Origin: Candidatus Multivoradales bacterium
GTDB taxonomy: Bacteria; Acidobacteriota; Thermoanaerobaculia; Multivoradales; J023
Direction: 5' to 3'
Assembly (NCBI GenBank): GCA_965248925.1
Contig: CBDFLE010000006.1
Location: forward strand, 3,616,001-3,680,000
DNA: 64,000 nt
Both the position numbers and the translations under genes were made by a program. Of this stretch, positions 8,298 to 18,136 are shown one piece after another; positions within the stretch are counted from its first letter, which is position 1, and every line of letters starts with the position of its first letter. The notes under the pieces were generated by a model that saw only the letters and a list, made by a program, of their open reading frames with translations, did not search any database and was not told the origin of the DNA.

Positions 8298-11200
8298 GTG
8301 AGCAGGATTCCCGAAGCTGAGGTTGAGCGGCTAAAGCGAGAGGTGTCGGTGGAGCGCCTGGCCTTGGCCCGGGGGGTGAAGCTGAAGCGGCATGGAGCGG
8401 ACCTACTGGGGCTGTGCCCGTTTCACGACGACCGCGAGCCGTCGCTGGTGATCTCGCCGAAGAAGAATCTGTGGCACTGCCTGGGCGCCTGCCAGGCAGG
8501 CGGGTCGGTGATCGATTGGGTGATGCGGGATCGCGGGGTGTCGTTTCGCCACGCGGTGGAGCTGCTGCGCTCGGACCTGCCGGCGGCGGTCGCAGCGGCT
8601 CCGGCCACGGCTCCGGCTCTGCCGTCGCCGGTGGTGGCGGAGGCTGAGGATGCGGAGCTGCTCGGCCAGGTCGTCGGCTACTACCACGAAGCCTTGAAGG
8701 AGAGCCCGGAGGCGCTGGCTTACCTGGAGAGTCGGGGTTTGAAGCATCCGGAGATGATCGAGCATTTCCGGCTTGGCTTTGCCAATCGGACGCTGGGCTA
8801 CCGGCTGCCGCCGAAGCAGGTGAAGGCGGGCAAGGAGATGCGGGGTCGATTGCAGAAGCTCGGTGTGCTGCGCAAGTCGGGGCATGAGCACTTCAATGGC
8901 TCGATCGTCTTTCCGGTCTTCGATTCCACAGGCCAGGTGGCGGAGATGTACGGGCGCAAGATCACGCCGAATCTCCGGAAAGGAACGCCGCTGCATCTCT
9001 ACCTGCCGGGGCTGCACCGGGGCATCTTCAATCCGGAAGCTCTGGTGGCCTCGACCGAGATCATTCTCTGCGAGTCGCTGATCGACGCCTTGACCTTCTG
9101 GTGCGCGGGCTACCGCAACGTCACCAGCGCCTACGGCATCCAGGGCTTCACCGACGAGATGCTAGTGGCCTTTGGCGGTCATGGCACCCGCCGAGTGCTG
9201 ATTGCCTACGACCGGGACGACGCCGGCGAGAAGGCGGCCGGGAAGCTGGCCGAGCAGCTGATGGGTGCCGGGATCGACTGCTACCGAATCCACTTTCCGC
9301 GCGGCATGGACGCCAACGAGTACGCGCTGAAGGTGACCCCCGCCTCGAAGTCGCTGGGGGTGGCCATCCGCCGAGCACAGTGGCTCGGCAAAGGCAAGGC
9401 GCCCGAGGTGAAGCTGGGTTTTGAGCCCGTAGAGGGCGAGGTGGCGCCGCCAGCCGAGCCAACGACATCGCCACACACAGCCGCAGAGGCGGTATTGGTG
9501 CCGCCAGTCCCGGCCGAAGCCTCTCCGCTACCGCCGCCGCCACCGTCGGATGTGCCGGCCGAGGTGCGTGAGCAGGAGGTGGTGCTGTCGCTCGGCGATC
9601 GCCGCTATCGGATTCGCGGCCTGCCGAAGAATCTGGCCTACGACGTGCTCAAGGTCAACGTCCTGGCGTCGCAGGGTGACAGCTTCCACGTCGATACCTT
9701 CGATCTCTACTCGGCACGGCCGCGCTCGGTGTTTCAGCGAGCGGCGGCCGCTGAGCTGGGGGTCGAGGAGCAGGTGGTCAAGAAGGATCTGGGCAAGGTG
9801 CTCTTGAAGCTCGAGGAGCTGCAAGACGAGCAGATCCGCTCGGCGCTTGAGCCGCAGTCGGTGGCCATCGCGCTGTCGGAGGAAGAGAAGGAAGCGGCGC
9901 TTGAGCTGCTGCGCTCGCCGGAGCTGCTCCAGCGCATCCTTGAGGACTTCGAGCGCTGCGGGGTGGTGGGCGAGGAGGTCAACAAGCTGATGGGCTACCT
10001 GGCGGCTACCTCGCGCTTTCTGGAGCGCCCTTTGGCGGTGGTGGTGCAATCGAGCTCAGCGGCCGGCAAGTCGGCGCTGATGGAGGCGGTGCTGGCGCTG
10101 ATGCCGGGTGAGGAGCAAGTGAAGTACTCGGCGATGACCGGGCAATCGCTGTTCTACATGGGCGAGACGAACCTGCAGCACAAGATCTTGGCGATCGTCG
10201 AGGAGGAAGGCGCCGAGCGAGCGAGCTATGCGCTCAAGCTCCTGCAGTCGGAAGGTGAGCTGACGATTGCCTCGACTGGCAAGGACGCTTCAACGGGCAA
10301 GCTGGTGACGCACGAGTACCACGTCGAAGGGCCGGTGATGATCTTCTTGACGACCACGGCGATCGACATCGATGAGGAGCTGCTCAACCGCTGCCTGGTG
10401 CTGTCGGTAGACGAGGCGCGGGAGCAGACGCGGGCGATTCACCGGCTGCAGCGCGAGCGGCGGACCCTCGAAGGGCTGCTATCACGCACCAGGCGCGACG
10501 GGGTGACGGCATTACACCAGAACGCACAGCGGCTGCTGCGGCCGCTGGCCGTGGTCAATCCATTCGCTCCGGAGCTGACCTTTCTCGATACCCAGATCAG
10601 GACGCGGCGGGATCACGAGAAGTACCTGACGCTGATCGATGTGATTGCTCTCCTGCACCAGCACCAGCGGGAGGTGAAGCGGGCGGTGGTCGACGGGCGA
10701 GAGGTCGAGTACGTGGAGGTGGTGGCCACGGACATCGAGACCGCCAACCGCCTGGCGCACGAGGTGCTGGGGCGCTCGCTCGATGAGCTACCACCGCAGA
10801 CGCGGCGCTTGCTGGGGCTGATCGACGCGATGGTCAGCGAAGCCTGCGAAGCGCTGGCGATGGATCGCCCGGACTACCGCTTCAGCCGGCGAGCGGTGCG
10901 CGAGCACACCGGCTGGGGCAACACGCAGCTGAAGCTGCACCTGCGCCGTCTCGAGGAGCTGGAGTATCTGCTGGTGCATCAGGGTGGGCGGGGGCAGAGC
11001 TTCGTCTACGAGCTGGTCTACGTGGCCGGCGACGAGTCCGAGCGGCCGCGACTGCCGGGGCTGATCGAGGTCGAAGCACTCCGGTACGACGGAAAGAAGT
11101 CGGGCCAGGCTGGCGAGAAGTCGGGGCCAAGTCGGCCCCAAGTCGGGGGGGTATCGGGGGGTGGTCGGGGTGCAGTTTCCCCAGCAGAATCAACAGCTTC

Positions 11201-11318
11201 GGCCGGAAATCGTGGGGTTTCGTCGAAAAACGCACATAGGGGGGTGCAAGAAAACGGCTCGTCATATCGTAAATCAACACGTCGTACCCACGACTCAGAG
11301 ACGGCCGAGAGTGCGTGA
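8298..11318 (+). CDS. DNA primase/helicase-like protein: CHC2 zinc finger + Toprim + P-loop ATPase
   Basis: CPFHDDREPSL..WHCLGAC zinc finger; CESLIDALT and AYDRDDAG Toprim motifs; Walker A-like SSSAAGKS; likely GTG start at 8298. Confidence 0.9.
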   Translation: MSRIPEAEVERLKREVSVERLALARGVKLKRHGADLLGLCPFHDDREPSLVISPKKNLWHCLGACQAGGSVIDWVMRDRGVSFRHAVELLRSDLPAAVAAAPATAPALPSPVVAEAEDAELLGQVVGYYHEALKESPEALAYLESRGLKHPEMIEHFRLGFANRTLGYRLPPKQVKAGKEMRGRLQKLGVLRKSGHEHFNGSIVFPVFDSTGQVAEMYGRKITPNLRKGTPLHLYLPGLHRGIFNPEALVASTEIILCESLIDALTFWCAGYRNVTSAYGIQGFTDEMLVAFGGHGTRRVLIAYDRDDAGEKAAGKLAEQLMGAGIDCYRIHFPRGMDANEYALKVTPASKSLGVAIRRAQWLGKGKAPEVKLGFEPVEGEVAPPAEPTTSPHTAAEAVLVPPVPAEASPLPPPPPSDVPAEVREQEVVLSLGDRRYRIRGLPKNLAYDVLKVNVLASQGDSFHVDTFDLYSARPRSVFQRAAAAELGVEEQVVKKDLGKVLLKLEELQDEQIRSALEPQSVAIALSEEEKEAALELLRSPELLQRILEDFERCGVVGEEVNKLMGYLAATSRFLERPLAVVVQSSSAAGKSALMEAVLALMPGEEQVKYSAMTGQSLFYMGETNLQHKILAIVEEEGAERASYALKLLQSEGELTIASTGKDASTGKLVTHEYHVEGPVMIFLTTTAIDIDEELLNRCLVLSVDEAREQTRAIHRLQRERRTLEGLLSRTRRDGVTALHQNAQRLLRPLAVVNPFAPELTFLDTQIRTRRDHEKYLTLIDVIALLHQHQREVKRAVVDGREVEYVEVVATDIETANRLAHEVLGRSLDELPPQTRRLLGLIDAMVSEACEALAMDRPDYRFSRRAVREHTGWGNTQLKLHLRRLEELEYLLVHQGGRGQSFVYELVYVAGDESERPRLPGLIEVEALRYDGKKSGQAGEKSGPSRPQVGGVSGGGRGAVSPAESTASAGNRGVSSKNAHRGVQENGSSYRKSTRRTHDSETAESA
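11097..11169 (+). repeat. Helically phased AAGTCGG(G)-type repeats (iteron-like) in the 3' end of the primase gene
   Basis: TCGG cores at 11100, 11121, 11132, 11143, 11154 and 11165 (spacing 21, 11, 11, 11, 11). Confidence 0.7.
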
Positions 11319-12391
11319 TGGCGCGCCGTGGTCAGCGCAAGATCCGCCTCTTGCCGGGTGATCCTACTGATCCCAGAGGTTTCATGGTGATGGTTAGCAA
11401 GTACCTGGAGTGGATGGCGGTCAAGAGCTACTCACCGCACACCATCGAGGCCCGCCACCTCTACCTCAGCCACCTCATCATCTGGTGTGAGCAGCGCGGG
11501 GTAACGCGGCCGGCGGAGGTGACCAAGCCGATCCTGGAGCGCTACGCGCAGTGGCTCTACCACTACCGCAAGCCCGCGAACGGACGACCCTTGAGCTTTC
11601 GCACGCAGCTCACGCGGCTAGTGCCGGTGCGCGCCTTCTTCAAGTGGGCGGCACGGGCCAATTACTTGCTCTACAACCCGGCCTCGGAGCTAGAGCTGCC
11701 GAAGCCAGAGCAGCGGCTGCCGGCAGCGGTGCTCACTGCCGCAGAAGCCGACCAGGTGCTCAACCAGCCGGACACGATGGACCCGCTTGGCTTGCGGGAC
11801 AGAGCGATCCTCGAAGTCTTCTACTCGACCGGCATACGCCGGGCCGAGATGATCGGGCTGGGGCGCTACGATCTCGACGTCAACCGGGAAACGCTGATGG
11901 TGCGTCAGGGCAAGGGACGCAAGGACCGGATGATCCCCCTCGGCGAGCGGGCGCTGGCCTGGGTCGACCGCTACGTCACCGAGGTACGGCCCCATCTGGT
12001 GGTCGAGCCGGACGATGGAGCGCTCTTTCTCACCAACGATGGAATGTCCTTCACGACGTCATGGATGACCCCGCTGGTGCGCGGTTACGTGGTGGCCGCC
12101 GATATCGGCAAACCGGGCGCCTGCCACCTCTTTCGCCACACCATGGCGACGCTGATGCTCGAAGGTGGGGCGGATATCCGCTTTGTCCAGCAGATGCTCG
12201 GCCACGCCAGGCTAGAGACGACGCAGATCTACACTCAGGTCTCGATCCGCAAGCTGAGAGAGATTCACGCCACAACGCATCCGGGGGCGAAGCTGGGGAG
12301 CCGGGTGGTGCAGTCGGCGGAAGAAGACGGTAGCAATGAAGTGACCGCCGAGGACTTACTCGATGCGGTGGAGGAAGAAGCGGAGGACTGA
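11318..12391 (+). CDS. XerC/XerD-like tyrosine recombinase
   Basis: RDRAILEVFYSTGIRRAE, GKGRKDR, HLFRHTMAT and LGHARLETTQIY give the full R-K-H-R-H-Y catalytic set; TGATG coupling to the primase. Confidence 0.95.
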   Translation: MARRGQRKIRLLPGDPTDPRGFMVMVSKYLEWMAVKSYSPHTIEARHLYLSHLIIWCEQRGVTRPAEVTKPILERYAQWLYHYRKPANGRPLSFRTQLTRLVPVRAFFKWAARANYLLYNPASELELPKPEQRLPAAVLTAAEADQVLNQPDTMDPLGLRDRAILEVFYSTGIRRAEMIGLGRYDLDVNRETLMVRQGKGRKDRMIPLGERALAWVDRYVTEVRPHLVVEPDDGALFLTNDGMSFTTSWMTPLVRGYVVAADIGKPGACHLFRHTMATLMLEGGADIRFVQQMLGHARLETTQIYTQVSIRKLREIHATTHPGAKLGSRVVQSAEEDGSNEVTAEDLLDAVEEEAED

Positions 12392-12804
12392 CCCTGCCCC
12401 CCACCCGAAGCGGTCCGGGTCTCCGTGCTCGGGCTGCGGCCGGCCTGGCGGCCGTCCTCCGCTCCTGCGCGCGCAGCCCTCGGCTGTGTTTGTTTTCTCA
12501 CCCCTGCCCGCCCCGGTCCGAGCGTCCGTGATCCACCGCCCGTACCCTCCGGTCACCGGCCCAGAGCGGGGCTTCAAGTAGTCCAAGAAAAGAGTCTTCG
12601 AAAGCTCACCCCAAGCTCCGCCGAGGCGTGTGTCCCTCCGGTCGCTACGCTCCCTGCGGGCACGGGCCAGCCGCTGCGGCAAGCCGGGCGCCCGCCGGCC
12701 CCCACCCCTGGCCCTCCGTCGGTCACCCGGCTTGCAATCTCCGCTGTCCGATAGTGCGCCACTATCCGACCTGGCCCTCACAAGCCCCGGCTCCGGGCCT
12801 GCGG

Positions 12805-12834
12805 CCTTTCCATAACGCGTGCATTATGGAAACT
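12805..12834. other. dif/cer-like recombination site
   Basis: CCTTTCCATAA-CGCGTGCA-TTATGGAAACT: 9-bp perfect inverted arms, 8-bp spacer, and the CATAA/TTATG cores of Xer sites; about 415 bp downstream of the recombinase. Confidence 0.7.
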
Positions 12835-13596
12835 TGGGGTGAGCACGCTGGTGGCCTGCGGTGGTCAGCGGCTTCGGAACCACGCCCCGCTCTGGGCCTC
12901 CTTGCCGAGATCCACCAGCCAGCACTCAGGCGGCTCGGGCCGGACACCCGTCCGCCCCCTCAAGGGGGCTCCCCATCCTCCTCCCAAGACCCACCCGGCG
13001 CCAGGTCCTCCGTACCCTGCGCGCGGCGCCCTGCGGTCGCCGTGCTCAGCTCCGGCCCCACCGCCACCCACCCGAGAAGAAGACCCCCGCCCACCCCGTC
13101 CACCAGCTGCGCTCATGGCCGGCCGCCCCCACGCACCCAACGTGCAGCTTGGCTTGCCGGCTACGCCGCCGGCACCAAACTGCCGGGAAGACCCGCACTC
13201 GCTGCGACGATCAGCCCGACGAAAACGACCTAAGAAAACACCCACCGCCCGAAGAACACAGCCTAAGAAAACCGCATCCCGCCCCACCGCACCAACCACC
13301 CTCCCTCCTTTAGCCGCCGTCTTCGAGCACCAACAGCGGCGTAGAATGGCCCAGCATGAGGCAGGCAGCTAAAGGAAGAAGCATCTGGCGATCGCGCTCG
13401 GCTTGGTCGTCGTGCTTCTGGCCGTGACGATACCGGCGGCAGTGATCGCATCGGCGATGCACCGAGCTACGCCAAAACTCGCCTCTGGGTCTTCGAGAGC
13501 CAAGACCCCGCAGGCATCAGGTACGAGCGAGCTTAAGTGCAAACAGCTCTATGGGATACGTCGCGTCTTGCCCGAAACTTGCGTCGGGGTGTCCAC

Positions 13597-15757
13597 TTTG
13601 AGCAAACGCATCGGTGGCTCCACCGAATTCGACCTCGACTACTTCTACGATCCAGCCGGACGCCTGATCCGAGTTGACGAGAGCAACGGTGGCTCGCCGC
13701 GCAAGCTCAAGGAGTTCCGCTACGGCCGCAAGAACGTCGGTGCCGACAAGCGGGCCGGCAAGCTGGTGCAGACCACCCGCCACAATTGGGTGGATCTGGT
13801 GAATCCGCTGAACGCCAATCCTGGCTTCCTCGATGTCCGAATCTCCGAGAGCTTCGTCTACGCGGGTCGTGGCGGCCGGATGTCCGAGCGCCAGACCCGC
13901 TATCAGCTCGGCGTCGGTCACTACGCCTTCCAGAGTGGGTTCTCCTATGACCTGCAAGGCAACCTCGCGACCCTCGACTATCCCGACTGTCTGCACACCA
14001 ACGACAGCTGCGACCAGGTCAGCCCACCGCGGCAGGTGAGCTTCGCTTACGACAAAGGCTTCCTCACCGCGGTGCCCGGCTTCGCCTCCAGCCTCAGCTA
14101 CCAGAGCGGCGGCATGCTGACCCAGATCAGCCACCAGAGCGGCATCACCGAAACTCGCCAGGTCGATCCCTCCGGCCTCGCCCGGCCCGAGCGCATCTCC
14201 ACCAACGCCGGCTGGGACACTGGCACCTTCGACTACGATGGATCGGGCAACATCCACCGAATCGGCTCGCTGCAATACCGCTATGATCGTCTGCAGCGGC
14301 TGGTCAGCGGCGAAGCCAAGGTGGGCAGCAGCGACCGCCTACAAACCGCGTCGTATGACAACTTCGGCAACCTCACGCAGATGATCACCAACGGCGCAAG
14401 CCAGAGCATGAGCCCGAGCAGCGCCACCAACCGCCTCGGTCTCAGCGGCACCACCTATGACGCTGGCGGCAACCTGACCCGCGTGCGTTACAGTAGCTCG
14501 GAGATCTACGAGTACACGTACGACGCCGCCAACATGATGAAACACCTGCAATCCAACACCGACCAGGCGAGCGTGTACATCTACAACGCTGATGACGAGC
14601 GCATCGTCACCTTCAGCTGCTTCAGCGCCGCCGGCAGCAGCTGCGTCAGTAGCCCGGCCAGCGAGACCTGGACCCTGCGCGGGCTGGGCAACGAGGTGCT
14701 GCGGGTCTTTAGCCATCCACGTGGGGAGAGCTTCGAGTGGGAGCGCGACTACGTCTATCGGGGTGGACAGCTCCTAACCTCGGTAGACCCGGACGCCAGT
14801 GGTGTCGAGGAGACCTTCAGTTTCCATCTTGATCATCTCGGCACGCCGCGGCAGGTAACGAAGAGTGGTAGCCAGGTGGCGCTGCACAGCTACTATCCGT
14901 TTGGGCAGGAGGCGACCAGCGCTAGCTCAGACGAGTTTCAGCTGAAGTTTACCGGGCATGAGCGGGATCAGAACGGGGTGGGGGCGAAGAGCGAGCTGGA
15001 CTACATGCATGCCAGGCATTGCAGTCCGGTGGTGGGGAGGTTCTTGGCAGTTGATCCTGTCCGGGGAAAACAGGCGTTGCCTCAGAGCTGGAACCGATTC
15101 TCCTATGTCCTGAATAATCCCCTTGCCTATACCGATCCAGAAGGAGAGCGGACGGCGGCGCAGCTAGGACAGGCCGGGCAGGACTTGCTCTTCGATCTGA
15201 CTGAGGAGGCGACGGCCCGCACGGGAGTGGGTCCGCTTAGTGTTGCTGTCGACACAGCCCTCGGAATGGGTCGAGATCTTGCGAGTGGTGTTCTCGACAT
15301 CATGAAGGCTGGTGACGGGATTGGCACCGTTCTTGGGGGCGGAGCGACCGGCGGGGCAGCAGTGCTCGAGATCGGCAAGGATGTTCTCAGGGTCTCTGCG
15401 TTGGCTGGGGGCGGAGCGGTTGTTGTTCGCTCAGCAGCAAAGAAAAGCCTTGTTTCAGGGGGAGAAGCGGCTCTGTCTAAAGCGGCGGGGGCAGCTGACC
15501 GCAATGGGCTAACAAAGGCAGGACGGTCTCTTCAAAAGCATTCGTCCAGACCGGGTAGCGCATTCAATACATCGGCCACACGGGCTAAGGATCTGAACGC
15601 TGCGGGCCAGTCCGTTGTCGATGACATTCTTACGGCACCTGGGTCGATCCAGAGAACAAACCGCCTCGGGGGTGTCGATGTCGGCCTACCAAACGGCCGA
15701 GGTATTCGCTACAACGCGGACGGGTCGTTCCGGAATTTCTTGGAGCCGAACGGATAG
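13597..15757 (+). pseudogene. Orphan Rhs 3' cassette carrying toxin tip CT1
   Basis: Rhs homology starts abruptly at 13597 (LSKRIGGSTEF...). The frame is open upstream to 13373 through a non-Rhs leader. The CT is the same as in RhsA. Confidence 0.88.
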
Positions 15758-15763
15758 CTGGCC

Positions 15764-16006
15764 ATGGAAAGCGGTGATTTTGAAGTTCAGGTAATGGATG
15801 ATCCAGACCACGAGGATCTCATTGCCGAGGTTCTCTACAAGGGGGAGTTTTGTTTCTTGATAAGCCAGGAGACAGGTTTTCGGAATCTGGAGATTCAGGT
15901 CCAGAGTCGGCAATCAGGCCAACCATGGCGGTTCAGTGTGGCTGAGATGGAGGACTCGATCAAACGAGCCAAGAAGCGCCTTTGGGAGCTGCAGCGTGTC
16001 GAGTGA
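15764..16006 (+). CDS. CT1 immunity protein, copy 2
   Basis: Identical translation to 7033-7275. Confidence 0.8.
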   Translation: MESGDFEVQVMDDPDHEDLIAEVLYKGEFCFLISQETGFRNLEIQVQSRQSGQPWRFSVAEMEDSIKRAKKRLWELQRVE

Positions 16007-16079
16007 TTGACACCGTCCTGGCCTAGTACAAGCCGCTTCGCATCAGCCCGGCTCCGGCCGGGCTTTCGTGCGTCTGGCT

Positions 16080-16442
16080 TCAGGTCGTGGCGTAGGACTG
16101 CCGGGTTCGCGCATCGCGGATGAGTCCGTCGACCAAGTAGAGGATCCGGTCGCGATCTTCTCCAGAGATCTCTTCGAGGGCCTTCCAGCGGTCGAGCATC
16201 TCGCGGTCCTGGAGAGCGTGCGGCAAGGAGTTCTCGTTGACGAGGTAATCGACGGTGACCCCAAAGATGCTGGCCAGCTTGCGTGCAACCTCGACCGAAG
16301 GTGTCATGGCCCCTCGCTCGTAGCGCCCAATGATGGTTCCCGAAGTACCGAGCTTCTCGCCAAGTACAGGTTGGGACCACCCCTTGCTCTTCCTCAGCTC
16401 GTGAATTCGGTGTCCGAGAGGGCTGTCGGATCGCTTTGCCAT
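16080..16442 (-). CDS. Xre-family repressor, copy 2
   Basis: Identical translation to 7349-7711. Confidence 0.92.
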   Translation of the reverse strand: MAKRSDSPLGHRIHELRKSKGWSQPVLGEKLGTSGTIIGRYERGAMTPSVEVARKLASIFGVTVDYLVNENSLPHALQDREMLDRWKALEEISGEDRDRILYLVDGLIRDARTRQSYATT

Positions 16443-16599
16443 GACCTAATCATCCTGAAATCAACGGTTTTGGCTCCTAACACATCACATTAGCGGACGT
16501 TTTCGTGCTGGTCAAGACGGCAGGGGCTTGACAGTTAGTAGACGAATCGGTCATCATCGGGACGAAAAGGTTCTGATGAAGAAAATCGAGGAGAGCAAA

Positions 16600-16687
16600 A
16601 TGATCGACCGCACCCTGACCATCTCCAGCCTCTACCCGTCCTCATCGGCTCCCTCGGGCTGGCGCTCGGTGCGCCAGGCTCGTCGGC
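16600..16687 (+). pseudogene. 5' fragment of symE, truncated at the RAYT flank
   Basis: Matches 7869-7956, then switches to CAGAGAAATAGGTGCC. Confidence 0.8.
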
Positions 16688-16712
16688 CAGAGAAATAGGT
16701 GCCAGGCACATT
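16686..16712. repeat. REP-like palindrome at the 3' end of the RAYT gene
   Basis: GTGCC-A-GGCAC (16699-16709); GCCAGAGAAATAGGTGCC recurs at 26919-26936. Confidence 0.55.
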
Positions 16713-17652
16713 ATGAAGAGTCAGAAGGGGTGTTGGTGTCAACGAATTTTGGTCTTGGCGGGAAGGAGTTTTCAGGAAATCCGCTAGGTGCTCCACGGCT
16801 TCGAAGTTTCTCCGCGGCCGTACGGTATGCAGTGAGGAATTCGCCCAAGGCCAAGCGCATCGCGTGCCGGACTTTCTTCCGATAGACGTGAAAGAAGGGG
16901 GGTGGGTTTGTCGGTTGCTGGCCGGGGCGTCGATGTGTCTGCTGCTGGCCGACGAGGAATGCGCCGAGGGGCTCGGTTCCTCGGTCTTGATGGAGTCTTG
17001 CAGTATCTCTCTCGATCTTCTCGATGAGTTCCAAGATGTGTTGCTGCCGAGCTTCTGGCGCAAGATGCTTCCAGCATGGCAGGGTGTCGAGCTTTAACTC
17101 GACGTCGGTTTCGAAGTCGGACTCCTCGGTGTCGGCCTCGCGCTGGCTCGCCGCCCATTGCCGAGTGCGGTCGATCCAGATTCCCCTCAGCGGATAGCCC
17201 GTCAGGAGCGCTCCTGCGCAGTGGGCTCCCGGCCACTCGAGGGGTGACATCACGAGACTTTTTTTGCACCCTTGAGAGAGGATGTATTCGAGGCGCTTGA
17301 TCTGAGCTTCCTCTTCGTCGCTGACCGGAATCATGGTGTAGCGCCGGTCGAACATCGAGCCGGGCCAGTCGTGGAGACGACCTATTTCTTTGGCTATGTT
17401 GGTCTTGAGGTGTCCCATAAATCGCGCAATCTGTTCGACGGTGGCCGGTGAAGCGAGTAGGTGGAAGTGATTTGAGAGGACGGCGATCGCCTGGACGGCG
17501 AGCTCGGTTTCTTGCTGGGCTTTGGCAAGAATTCCGATTAGAAGCTGATTGAGACGCCGGCTCGGTCGTAGGAGGTAGCGCCCTTGCAGAGTCCGCTGGG
17601 TGATCTCGACCAAGCAGCCGGGACGCGGCAAGTAGCGTGGTAAACGTGGCAT
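16711..17652 (-). CDS. RAYT-like HUH (Y1) transposase
   Basis: MPRLPRY..VEITQRT..AVLSNHFHLL (HUH)..FDRRY..LEYILSQ..PLEWPG; 313 aa from ATG 17652, which overlaps the comM stop (TGATG). Confidence 0.85.
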   Translation of the reverse strand: MPRLPRYLPRPGCLVEITQRTLQGRYLLRPSRRLNQLLIGILAKAQQETELAVQAIAVLSNHFHLLASPATVEQIARFMGHLKTNIAKEIGRLHDWPGSMFDRRYTMIPVSDEEEAQIKRLEYILSQGCKKSLVMSPLEWPGAHCAGALLTGYPLRGIWIDRTRQWAASQREADTEESDFETDVELKLDTLPCWKHLAPEARQQHILELIEKIERDTARLHQDRGTEPLGAFLVGQQQTHRRPGQQPTNPPPFFHVYRKKVRHAMRLALGEFLTAYRTAAEKLRSRGAPSGFPENSFPPRPKFVDTNTPSDSS

Positions 17653-18136
17653 CAGCCTCGCTCCGATCGCTGGTCCAGGCTGCGGTATTGAATGGCCTCG
17701 GCGGCATGCGCTGCCCGAATCTCCGCCGAACTGTCGAGGTCGGCGATGGTGCGGGATAGCTTGAGGATGCGGCTGAGTGCCCGTGCCGACAGCTTGAGCT
17801 TGTCGAAGGCGGTGTCGACCAAGCGCTGGGCATCGGGCGCTAGCACGCAATGCTGCTCGATGCCGTCGCTCCCCAGGGAGGCATTGACCGGCAGGTCCGT
17901 CTGGGAGCCGAATCTACTGCGCTGGATCTCTCTCGCCTGGCGCACTCTCCACGCTACTTCCCGAGTCCCTTCGGTGGCTTCGCTGCGCAACTCGGCAAGG
18001 CTCACCGCGGGTACCTCGACATGCATGTCGATGCGGTCGAGCAGCGGCCCTGAGACCCGACTGCGATAGCGCTCGATCATCTGTGGCGAGCATTTGCAGT
18101 GATGCCGATCGTCCCCCAAATGCCCGCACTTGCATG
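17652..18136 (-). pseudogene. comM: 3' half of comM (copy 2, native C-terminus ...SLDQRSERG)
   Basis: Identical to 148-612 at offset 17,524 bp; same break point. Confidence 0.88.

Larger units (their letters stand above)
4866..13596 (+). mobile_element. 8,731-bp Rhs-tip/primase/Xer integrative unit (putative excisable replicon)
   Basis: Bounded by the 3.09-kb direct repeat; contains Rhs 3' half, immunity gene, Xre, two SymE-like genes, primase-ATPase, tyrosine recombinase and a dif-like site. Confidence 0.7.
13597..16687 (+). repeat. 3,091-bp direct repeat, copy 2
   Basis: Pairs with 4866-7956. Confidence 0.95.

Noticed and set aside
11318-12391. Chromosomal xerC
   Set aside because: Coupled to an element primase and has its own symmetric site; treated as element-encoded, so no gene symbol assigned.
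7349-12391. Prophage
   Set aside because: No structural, terminase or lysis genes.
12392-13372. Several 100-200 aa Pro/Arg-rich ORFs after the recombinase
   Set aside because: Overlapping and low-complexity with no motifs; the region is better explained as cis-acting DNA.
17653-17850. N-terminal extension of the RAYT ORF
   Set aside because: It overlaps comM out of frame; MPRLPR at 17652 is the typical start.
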